A stretch of DNA of 64,000 bases from Phallusia mammillata (lineage: Eukaryota), in the NCBI GenBank assembly GCA_965637545.1, contig OZ281498.1:2170001-2234000 (forward strand). Direction: 5' to 3'. The translations under genes were made by a program, and so were the position numbers. The notes under the pieces were generated by a model. It was not told the origin of the DNA. It saw only the letters and a list, made by a program, of their open reading frames with translations, and made no database searches. Shown here one piece after another: positions 28,101 through 40,100 of the stretch. Each line of letters starts with the position of its first letter. Position 1 is the stretch's first letter.

Positions 28101-31100
28101 CGAAGGGGCCATTGGTAAGACATTAAATAACTCAAAAATGAATTTGGAAATATAGGCAACGTTGGAGGACATTTGGCTAAAAAGGTTGCATGTTCAGTGA
28201 ACAAATATTCATTGCACGAACTTTAAAGCAATAACAGATGCGCACGTTTCATTTACAAAACCCGGAACATAACCATAGAAATCATAGTAACCCACCGCTG
28301 AAACCCCAACTTAATATCCCTTACCCCATTTACCCCCAAACCCACCCAATTTCCTCACCAGGATGGCAACCAGTGAACCGTGTAGCGTGTTTAGTGAGGC
28401 GTGGCACAATGGTTGTAGTGGGAAATTGTCGAATTCGAACGTTTCGATTGTTCTCAATCAGAAGCGTACATCCGGTGTAACTTACTCTACTTTTTACCTC
28501 GTTACCTTTGACTTCCTACAGAAACAGCTGTGTTCGATGGTCGTTGTTGTTTTAGGTAGTGTGTTGTTTAGTTAAAAAGACTGTTTTTGTAATGCTACAT
28601 TATTTTGATTTGTTTTGACCGATAAAATATGATAATTTAGGGATATAAAAAGATTCAGTTTCCACTTTTAGCATATTTTTCAATTTAAATTGGATCTTGC
28701 CTGTATTGCAAAGGGCTACTAACTGTTTTGTTCACAATCCAGGAATTCTTTCATACTACATCACATATTATCGAGCACAACCAACTATTTAATATGAAAA
28801 CGTCTAACCTCGGTTTACGTGTAGTCAATGAATTATGTGATACACAACATATTCTGTCATGAAAAACACATTTAATGGTGGTGGAATAGCTTTGTTAGGA
28901 GTGAACAGATTCAATGTGAGATCTTAAAAGGTCGTTATAAAAGCTGTTTTAAATTTGTTGTAACTCGTAACAACCTCGTTTTTTGGTTTCTTACCACAGG
29001 CGTATGTTAAATGATAATTCTCAATGTCCAAAACGTAAATAAACAATAAAAGTTCATTAAAGTTCTACTAACGTAACATTGTGGACAACAATACTATTGC
29101 AACAGCAGAAAGTTTCTTTATCTGTTTTGTTGTTAACTGATTGTCTGCAGATGTGAATAGTTGTGGACATAATCATCCCAGAAACAAGCTAATTTGCATA
29201 GATGTTTAAATGTCGCTTGTTTCGCAAAGTTCATCGTGTTGTTTTTTGCTCAGATTTTTCGCAACTTTAATTTCCGTCGGAATGCAAAGAATCTTCGCAA
29301 CAATATAATTGACTGCATAAGGTTGCGGCAAAAAGACGAGAAAATTAAGCCACATCCAAAGTATCTGCGGGTTTCCTTGTAACTCTAAAAAAATACCGGT
29401 TTAGGGCTTATTTTATCAATTTAAATGTAGTCTTGAACACTGTACACGGACTTGTTTAAAGGTCTGATCAGGAATATTACCGCCCACATAGACCTTAAGT
29501 TCAAGTTTATTTGCATTAAAATTTAAACGAAGATAGGTGATGGTAACACAAAGTCATGCTATATTATTCATATGTTTCGGCAAATGCTTATGCCATCACC
29601 AGCGATTCGAGGTTTTGCCATATACATCCGTTTATTGACACTTGACTCGCATCAATCGATTGATACTATTTTGCGCATAGATGTTTTCCACGATAAAGCT
29701 AGGTTGTGGCAAATAATAAGGATTTCCAATTCTCCAATAGTTTAACGCTACCGCCTACGTAAAAACCTGGTTTAGGCGTTTTAGTGCCGAAATACCTCTC
29801 GTTTTCTGCGGTTCAATTTGACATTTATCATTACCGACACAAGAATTTGTAAACCTGTCATTGTTTTTGTCTGAAACAAATCTGATGATTAAGTGGGATA
29901 AAAATTCTTCCGAAAAAATAAAATGTTTAGTCATGAAGAATCAAATCGTGTAATCGATCCGAAATTTACCGAGCGTATCCGACATTTGCCGAACATTTGT
30001 CAGCTGATTCACGTTTGCATTGTGACGGCACAAAGGAAGTTATTCAATGTCAAGTGTTTGTGGCGTTGCTTTGAATGGAATTACTCGATTGTGTTGGGAA
30101 AGGCGGGAAAACAGGAAGTCGGAAATTTGAGAAACCGAATCCGATTCCCGCGTTTCCCTCACTTCCTTTGTTCTGTTTCAACTTTATTTCCGCGAATTAA
30201 AGAAATCGGATTTTGTAAACAAATCAAGTTACTTTCCCAAGAGCACATTGGCTAAAGCGTTTTGCGTCTATTTGGACAAGTACACTCCCATTAGACATAG
30301 GTTGAATATGAAAAACCGTTCAAAAGAAATGTTTTAGGACGTATTTCACTTATTACTTTTAATTAACTACTTTAATTGGATTGTTATATTGCTCATTGTT
30401 CAGGTGAATCACGTGTATCGGGATCCGAGCATTGAGAATCTGATCAACATCGTTCTTGTCAAGTTGGTTGTGATTGGTGATTCTCAAGTTGAGGTAAGAA
30501 AAACAAATTCTTTGTTCCACAAAACTTTTTTCAAAATTTACACTTCCCTGCTTGTTTATGCGCTTTATGAACTGAATTTCTGAGTCAAAAGTGCTGATGC
30601 CACGTGGCCGTAACCCTTCCCACGGTGTTCGGTCACTTGGACGAGGAAATAAAATATTTGTTACTTGAGTCACTGGTGGAGTGTGCTTGCGCTCTTAGCA
30701 GCCCAAGCAAGCTAACCTTCTCTCCCAGGGTTTTGAATCAATGGTCGATTGCACAGACATAGTTTCTTCGTTCTATGTCTTGAGTTGAGTTTATTTCGCT
30801 TTGTGAAAGAACACATAGCGACGCAATTGCACTAAAACAATCACCAAGTCGGAAATAGCTGCGTAACGTTGAAACGTAGAACAGAGAAGGGCGCAATTGG
30901 TGGATAATGGCTGAACATGCTGCAGCTACACCGCATTGTAAACCTTCATGTTTGAATTAATGAAACTGGTTGGTTTCCCAAGTTTACTAAATACTGCCAA
31001 TAAAACGAGACAAGTGCCTGATTCAAATTAAATTCGCATAAATCGGTTTGGTGCAAATAAAAGCAACTCTATTGCAGAAAATTTGCAGACACCAAACTCG

Positions 31101-34100
31101 TAAATTCGAGGACTTCATGTCTGCCAGACGAAACAAAATCTCCCATTTTTCAAGCTTATTCCTCTCACATATCAGCTTTAGACCGAAAGCTCTCGAGTCT
31201 TATTTACACAGCCCTATTATTAGGATTACCACTCTCACAAGAAAAGTGGGGTAAAATTGTCACTTGAATCTTCTTAACCCCTTAAATAGCGAGCCCCAGG
31301 TGAACTAGCAGTCACCCACATCGACCCAATGTGGGGTAAAATAGGTTTAGTTGGTTGTGTGAATTTTTTTCCTTTTTTGGTACCCAAACCATCTGAAATG
31401 TCTAATTTTACACTCAAAACCAATCACAGAATTGATGGTGCCAATTCCGTCGTTCTTGTTTGACCTTTGTGTATGAGTTTAATCCAATTCCAATGTTTAC
31501 AAAAAGACTTCCCTTTGTGAAAGCAGACCACACAAGAACATTGTTTAACTTAGTCATCCAACCACCAACTTTGTCGCCCAAAACACAGATTTGTGACAAC
31601 ACTAGGTGACAAACACCAGATTATAAACAACCGTAAACAAAGTATGACGTGATTTTTCTTGTTGGGGGGTCGAAACAACCCCCTGTTTTTATAACTCTTG
31701 ATGCAAATACCGGTTAATGTCAAAGTATGGGGCAAGAAATCAAGTAAATTTGTTGAATCTTCTGTATATTAAACCTGCAATGTCAAAAATAACAGGGAAA
31801 TGTTGAAATAAGTTCAACTCAATACTAAACCACATTTGGTTTACTCTGTATCGTGTTCGATGGTTGATAAAATTAGCATGTGGGTCACATGTCTGACAAA
31901 CATGGGCAGTAAAGATTAGTGATGTATCGAATCAGTTAATTAGGGTTTAGCTCAAAAGCAAATATTCAGTAGTTTGACGAACAACCTGAATCACTTGTGA
32001 CGAATTTGTATGCTACGTTTTAACATAAATTTAATTTGCAGGCAACAGTAGTTTAAAAACAATAAGTTGCATTTCAACTGTCCCCAACCCCCTTTAAACG
32101 ACCCCCACTCGCCCACTTCAGATAAACGCTTCGTTCGAAATTTAAACAAACGCATTATAGCGTGAGAACCCTAAGCCAGAATGCGAATAACAAAACTTGA
32201 AATAAAATCCCAATAAATCTTTTAAACCTCAGTGCTTGGCTTTGTTTGATGGGATTTTGTTAAATCCGGTCTGCAAACATTAAACAGAGACTAAAGCGCC
32301 ACCCTGTAGATTATTCGAACAAAGTGATTGTTTCGTCATCAATCCCGCATACGTGATGCCTTATGTCGTCACAATGCTGTTTGTGAAAAACATTATAGTT
32401 CCAGATTAAAAAAAATCACGCAATTTTATTTGAATTGCTCTTATCACTTCACAATGGAATTAGCGAGGCATGTCATGAGAATTACCGAACATCGCCATTC
32501 ACATGAGCATTGTGATGTCACAGTAACGCGACATTCCTTAAATCTCTTCTCACGCAACACTGCCCATTGTGATGTTAAAAATTCAAACTTCAAGTGGCTG
32601 AAAAATAATTTGCAAAAAATTTGAGGAAAAACCTGTTCATATTTGAAGCAATTATTTCTATGAAAAATATACATAAAAAATAAGGTTTGAGGCCGTTATG
32701 TTTCATGTTCTAAAATTAGCAAAGCGTACTTTGAATCCAATCTTTGGAACGGCATCTATTTGCCTGTATATCTCGTTGGAGCAAAAGGCAGAAATTCGAT
32801 TACAAATGCGCTAAAGTTTGATTGTTCGCCTTAAACTAAAAGCATATTTTCCTTTTTTTCATCCCAACCCTGTAAGGTACCGTTTGTGACACAACAAAGC
32901 GGATTAAAAGAGAAAATAAGCAACAAAACAACAACGTGTTTTGATTTCATGTACTTACTGACTGATAAATTATGCCTAAAACGGCCGGATTAGTTAATAG
33001 TTATCAACAATAATTGCTCTTGTAACATGAAACACTTCCTTCTGTAATTATGTTGATTTACAAGCTGGATTGGGATATTATTGTCATCTCCAACTTGTTA
33101 CAAGGAAAACGATTTTGTTTCATAATTGCAAATCAATTTGGTTTATTGCGGCCGTTTTGGTGATCTGCCACATTGCCGCGAGGTTAATGGTTCAATTCCC
33201 GGGTTGCCTTCAGGGTCCTTTTCAGCATGGTTCTTGATTGCCGTTTAAAAAATTAATAGCGTTTAACTAATGGAGAAAAAACTGCTTTAAAAACATGAAA
33301 ACATCTTGGGACAAATTAATTAGAGGTTTTGCAACGATGTGGATTTGTTGTAATGCCCAAATAGATTTGAAATAAATTAAACAACATTCGTATGCTTTAG
33401 TCATTCTTTGAAATGTGTTTTACCTGAGAATTATATCATAACTTGATCCAAAACAAAATTACTAAAGAGCTTGTGTAAAGTTAGTATTTTTTGGAAATGT
33501 AATCAGTACTGCAGATTTAAGATCTTGGGTAGTTTTTGACTCAAGTTACTTTCAATTCTGTGTGTAGTCTGTCTTTCTGAATGATATAACAAGTAAAATT
33601 TGGAACACGATATACAGATCAGTTCATAAGTTTAATGGTGAAAATGACGTATCACTGATGATAGCATGAGCATTTGCCGAAGCTATTGAAATATAAAGCA
33701 TGTCGCTTTTTACTTCTATTTGGGCTGTTATTTTCATCATTAAGTAACTTTCTCGTGGACTTTCATTACTTCAAGACACTTTTTACCTTAGCTATGCAAA
33801 TTTAGCATTTTTGTTACCAGTCGTTTTTGACATTAATCTTAATGTTTTGTTTCAACAGAACGGCCCCAAGGTGGCGCGCAACGCTCACATTTGCTTGAGG
33901 AACTTCTGTGAGTGGCAATACAACCAAAACGACCCGGATGATTCGCGTCCAGACCACCACGATACCTCGGTCCTCATCACGGGGTGAGATATTTGAATTA
34001 ATTGTTTTGAACAGTAACGGATGTTGAGAGTAAAAAACTACTTGGATCAGAACAGATTTGTAATAATTTATGTGAGAATATTTTTACGCAACTGCATCTT

Positions 34101-37100
34101 ACGCGTTCATACGGTTCAACAATAGTTTTGCAAAATGTTTAGCTTTGTTATGGATAAAAAAGTGCTTTGGGACAAAGGCAAAAAACTAGTTGTATTTTAT
34201 CAACATTCTAAATTAGTAGTCTTGTATTAAACTCCTACCCAGAAGTAAATCAATTGTTTAAATCTAAACCTGGTCCTAATATATTATTTTGATAAAAACG
34301 GATCATAACTTGACAAAACTGTTTACGTGGTAGTTAAGGTCAATCACCATATTAATTGGTCATAAACTTAGCGCTATTACAACATCGTGTGAAAAAAATC
34401 TGACAACCTAATTTGGATAAATTGAACCCGGTTGTTATTCAAATTAATGGCTTCATCAGTAAAATTGTCGAACAGATGGAAATAATTATAATAATCCCAC
34501 CCTCCTTTAATTTGTAATATCAGTTACAAATAAAACTTAAATTTGTTTTATCTCGTTTTGCTAACTTTAGAATTCAATTGCTTCGCGATTACGAACGGTT
34601 TTAAAACATTACAAATGGAAATTTAAACCTATTTTAAGAAACTTCTAGATTGTTACATGAGATTGCCATTAACAATGGATTAGAACGTATTTGTAATGAT
34701 GAAGTAATATAATGGATGTAAGATACTAACGACAATCAAACCAGCCGTTGTAGTAAAGGTCTGCAAAAATATAAGCAATACTGCAAGAATAATATAATAC
34801 GGTGTGAAATTGGTGCCAATATGATGTCAAGATATATTAAACTCACATCAAATTGTACATAGGATCACTTACTCAAGTGCGACACCATAAATGAGATTTT
34901 CTCGGGTGTGGGATTAAAATTACTTTGAAGTCGCCTTTCTTTGCTCACGTCCAATTTCATGTTCAACGTCATGTTATTAATCTAATTTATCACCGAGGCG
35001 TCGCGTTCGTCGCGTTCCACATCGAAACAAAAAGCGTTTTCGTGTTCACCGGCGCGCGCGCGTACCACCTATTATGACGTCACAAATGAAATCGAACATT
35101 CGCACGAAATTGAAGTTTTGTGTCGCAGAACAAGCGGAATTGTTCTGCATAAAATACTTGCATACATCAGGTTTAATGAAAATTATCTTTGCAAACCATC
35201 TAATGAATTGTTTGCTTAACTTGATAAATCAATGGAGAAGCACTGGTGTAGATTATCTTGAAGAAAAAAAAACTTCATCAAATGTGTTACAACAAATGCA
35301 TTGAGTCATTCAATTTGCGAATCCAAATAAAACATGGCGTACCTTAATAGCAAAATTAATATGGTACACTTGAACACTGCGCCGTACGTACCCAATACAT
35401 TGCCCGATTGTGTTACCTTGCCAAATGAATAAAGTCTCATATGTTACTGTGTAAACATACGATGGATTAAGCAGTAGTGAACCCGTGTTGCCATTCAGCC
35501 AATTTGTTGACATTATATGAATACGAACAGGGCAATACCGCGTTGAACAAGCCAAACTGGGATCAAGATTTCACTTGTATTCCCTCAATAGATCAATATC
35601 GACTCTTGAAACCTGTTTGATTCGCCGCTAGATAGGCCGAACGGAGGGTCGTTGGTTTTCTGCGGGCTGTGAGGCGTATTGTTGTGGTCGCGTTGGGATT
35701 TGTGTCGTCTTTCGCTTGTCGCGTTGTGTTGATCCCAGGGATTTTATTATTACTTTGCATATTCGGTGTTAAACAAACTTTCACAGTGCCGAAAGAAGTA
35801 CGCATTGCGACTGTTAAGTTGCTCAAGATACCTGTTACTTGCTGTTTGTTTAAGACTATTTTAAACTGTTTTATACCTAATATTTAACTTAACAATAACC
35901 GACAGAGTATATACCTTAAATCAAATATTGTAGTTTGTACGAGATTTATGCTGGTTATAGGCAACTTCACGCCGGTAAACAGGTCAATTATTAGAGGAAA
36001 TGCTTTAGAAAACTGATCATTGACTTTTCCTAAAGAATTTGTTTTCGCTATTTATCGCTTATGGAGAAAGTTTGAATGGGACGCCTCAACCTTTGTGGAC
36101 CTTCCAATTATCGCGCGTGGGGTAATCTTAAGTAAAAGGGAGTTTAAAGTATCGTTTTAAGCGCCCTAATCCCAACCCCTCGTGCCTGGTAACATAATCA
36201 TTTGATCGTCAGTTAAACCTGACATAACTGCACGGTTTTGCGGCATCCCGTCCCAGTTGTTTCTCGTAGAATTTTACCGGGTCCAACGCACTCAGTTTTG
36301 AGTTTTAATGCCGGAATATTTGAAGCCTGTTTCTGCTATGTATTTCCACTTTTTGCCTTCGGTTTATCGTTCATTTCTAAGTTATATACTGTAACAATAC
36401 TCCTTTATGCAAGTAGTACCGTTTTAACATTAGTAAAGCAACCGTTGTAGCATTAACATTTTGTTCACTATCTTACCCATGTAGACAAGCATAGGATAGT
36501 GTACAAATCAATTTGTTGCGAAATCAGTGACATTTGTAAAACAACAACATAAGAAACACGATGGCTGATTGCCATAAAAGTGTTTACCTCGTTATTTCTG
36601 CAAACATAAATTTATGACAGTAAAACCAGTTACCAGAAGTATGTTAACACGTTTGATTTACGACTAGAAAACAACGAAATGATAAAGGCATCTACCACAA
36701 CAGTGTTTACACCTGTATTTTTTACAACTTCCCATTTGCATCGTAAAAATATCCGACAGGAATTCAAATACCCGACGAAATAACCGCGATAAGCCTCGAT
36801 CCGACAATGGGTTTAAACCCCTATTATTGAACATTCCTAAAGTTATGAGAAAGTCGAATTTGTAGGTCGCGCGCAACTTAATTTGCCTTGTTACGTAAAC
36901 AATGCTTTGTTCTATAGAAACGCGCCATTGTTTCGAATGTCAGATGAGTTAAGATAAAAATTTATCATTACTTTAATCTTCGGAGCGAATCGCCGCAGAA
37001 AAACAATATAGAAAGTCGAGTCTTTGATTTTATCTCGAGTTCAAGACATTTTTACCCGATCTTTACATTAGGGATCTTGATATTTATTTTTATAGTTTGT

Positions 37101-40100
37101 GTTACAACCGGTTTGTTTCTGTAAAACCTCGATTTGGGGTACAACACCGTCAATACTTCAAGTTGTTACATATTTTGCAGACGACTAAGTCCTATATTCG
37201 ACAGGTTTTGGAAAATATTGTATGACAATATATACATAGTGTTCCAAGATATTTAAGTGTATGTCTTAAAAACGAGTTTTTTTCTTGATTTCTTCCTTAT
37301 TTCCGAACTACACCACTAAAACGAAGCACAATGCTTCGAAATAACGCGATGTAAAAGCAATCAGCATTTCAAAAATGTAGTTTAATACAACGACCACGTT
37401 GAGCCAACCCAGCAAACTAAGACTGTTAAGTCAAAAATAATTTTCCGAATATGAAGAGCCTTCGACAATTTAAACCCTTCACCACAATTTCACTGCAAAC
37501 ATTCTTGAAATAAGCAACTTGCTTCTGTTTATTGTGAGCAAACAATCCACTCTATCTGTGACGGAACACGTTCGAATAATTGTGACGTCGCAAAGCAATG
37601 TTTGTGATGTCACGCCCATGTCCAGCCCCTCGCTGTTTCGTTACTATGGCAACCTTTATTGTGGAATCCGACGTCACGATTTACAATGTTGACGCAAAAA
37701 TTACAGCCGAGGTCAAAAGTCTCTTTGGCGCATCCAGTGGCGTAAATATAAATATTTCGGTGACATTTATGATTAGATGCAACAAAGAATTAATTAAGAT
37801 GTTGATTAAATTTAGCGTGTTTTGGTAAAATTATAAGCTTCCTTGTAAATCTAGCGAACCTTGAAATTAGATTTATAAACAATAATCAAGGTCCATAGAA
37901 ATCATATTTACATATATCCGTTTTCAGTCTCCAGAATTTCATCCGACAGAAAACTTTGCAATTAGATTTCCCCATTTCTACAACTCACATATTGACATTG
38001 ATTTTTGTATTTTCAGACAAGACATTTGTCGGTCAAGCACAGCATGCGACACTTTAGGTAAGTTTGTTCAAATTTCGATCAAAATATTTCTGACAAGTGC
38101 TTTCAAAGCAAAACCGGCGCTTAAGAATTTTGAAGCACTTCTTGTTTTTGCAAATTCTATTTTTTAATTCTAGTTCGTTTCAAACCGTGTGAGAATAAGA
38201 GATGTGTCCGTCCGAATTGGCGGGTTTCGTTCACCTTCAAAGGTGTGCAAGGTCAAATCGCGACAGGACGCCCGGTGTTGTCGGTTTCTAATTATCACAC
38301 AACAATGGTTGGTTGTGACGTCACATACAGGAAATTGTGCGTTGTCTGAACTCAATTGTGACGTTTTGGCGAAGCGGCGATGCCTGTATTAGTGGAAAGC
38401 GAGCGCCGCTAAGTTTATGTTTGCTTCTCGAATTGTTTTCCTGTCTCGTGTTTACTGGGAAACGCTAATTTGGCTGTCTTCAAAGTCGTTGTGAGCTAAC
38501 AATGGCACTATAATCACTTCGTTCGATAATTTGACGTAACAATCAACATTCATTTACAATCCGAATAAGGTTAAACGTCTTCTAAATTACCACGAAATTA
38601 CGAAATACTTACTTTAGTTGGTTAAAAGTACAAAAAGTCCGGTAACTAGTATTTGCTAAAAATATTACATCACTGACTTCATCACAGGTAATTGCTAATA
38701 GACTGTTATGATACAATTTGACCTTCAGCATTTTACAAGGTCACTGATGACGGGTAATAGCCTCTGTGCAGCCTTTTATCTTTTTTTTTTTCGCTTCAAT
38801 GTTTCGGGATGTTCAACAAACCAATTTGTCTGGAACTAAGTTTTGAGCTTCATCATTTTTTTGTTAAAACTCTTTCACTTCACTGCATAGCCTATTATTA
38901 TACGTCTTGACTTCGAATGGAAAGCATACAATTCTGACTTTAAAAACTGTTAATACTGACCTCAAAACGGCTTCCGTTATTTAACATTAGGTTTTTGCAC
39001 TGAAGCGGTTATGCAGCTGCAAATTTGATTTGCCTGTTATTGCTGTCAACTCCAGCAGACTAAACTGGGTGATAAATTAGATTTGCGCGCCCCAGTTTCA
39101 GTCGACCAAACATCGCTTGGGGGTGATTTGGGGGTCAGCTTTCAACCCCAGCTTTAACCTAATCCTTTGTCAACATGATCTGTCGCTTTATGATGTCACG
39201 ATGCCAGTTAGCGACTCGTGAATACTGGATAAAATGATCGAGTTTTCGCTTTTGTCCTAACGTCACGAATTTTATTTTTACAAGTTTGAAATAAAACTTT
39301 TTATGATTTTTGTGCATCATGATATTTGGTTAACGTTGTTAAAAACTTTTGAAATGAAACCATACATTGTGCACCTGTGAAGCTTATATGTGTTTCGTGG
39401 CTTCCTTGCCGAAAGACAACTAGTTGCTTGCGGTTTTTAGACTTAATGTGAAAATCTATTTCCGTCTTTGCTTGTCCACTTCACGGTTTACAGTTGAAAT
39501 TTTCTCCGTCTAACCCGTTTAATACTTCCTTACCACAGCGGGACAATGTCATTGTTCGAATCCTTCCACCAGCGAACAAAGAAAATTCCATTATATTGTT
39601 GGTTTGCATTGTTATTTGACACGTGACGAGACGCGTCAAGTTTCTTCTTTCTTTTGTTCTCGATTGCAAAAGGCCAAAGGTCAAATTTCTGTCTCATTTT
39701 TTGTCTGATTTTTCTTCTGGTTTGCTAGAAGTTGGCCACTAAACCCTCCATATCGTTTTGAACAACGTTAAACTTGTCTTTGAAGCCGAGTACATGACTA
39801 TGATAGCCTAGCATCTGCTCGAATTGTTTTTCCAAATAAACTAAAAGATATTTAGCCTCAAAACAGACACTTGACCTTATTTCAAGATTTTCGCGCCTTC
39901 TTGCAGTTGACCTTCAGTAACCTTTGCTCATTGTCTTGACACAATGTACACCAAAGCCTATATTTAGAACATCTTGAGATAATTGGATTAAAAAACGTCT
40001 CAATGTAAGCCTTTAGCGGAAAAAAACCTGAAAGGTTTCTTTCTCGGTTTGTTTCTTTTGGTCAGTTTCATGAATAGACAACCACATTTTTTTCAGGTCA

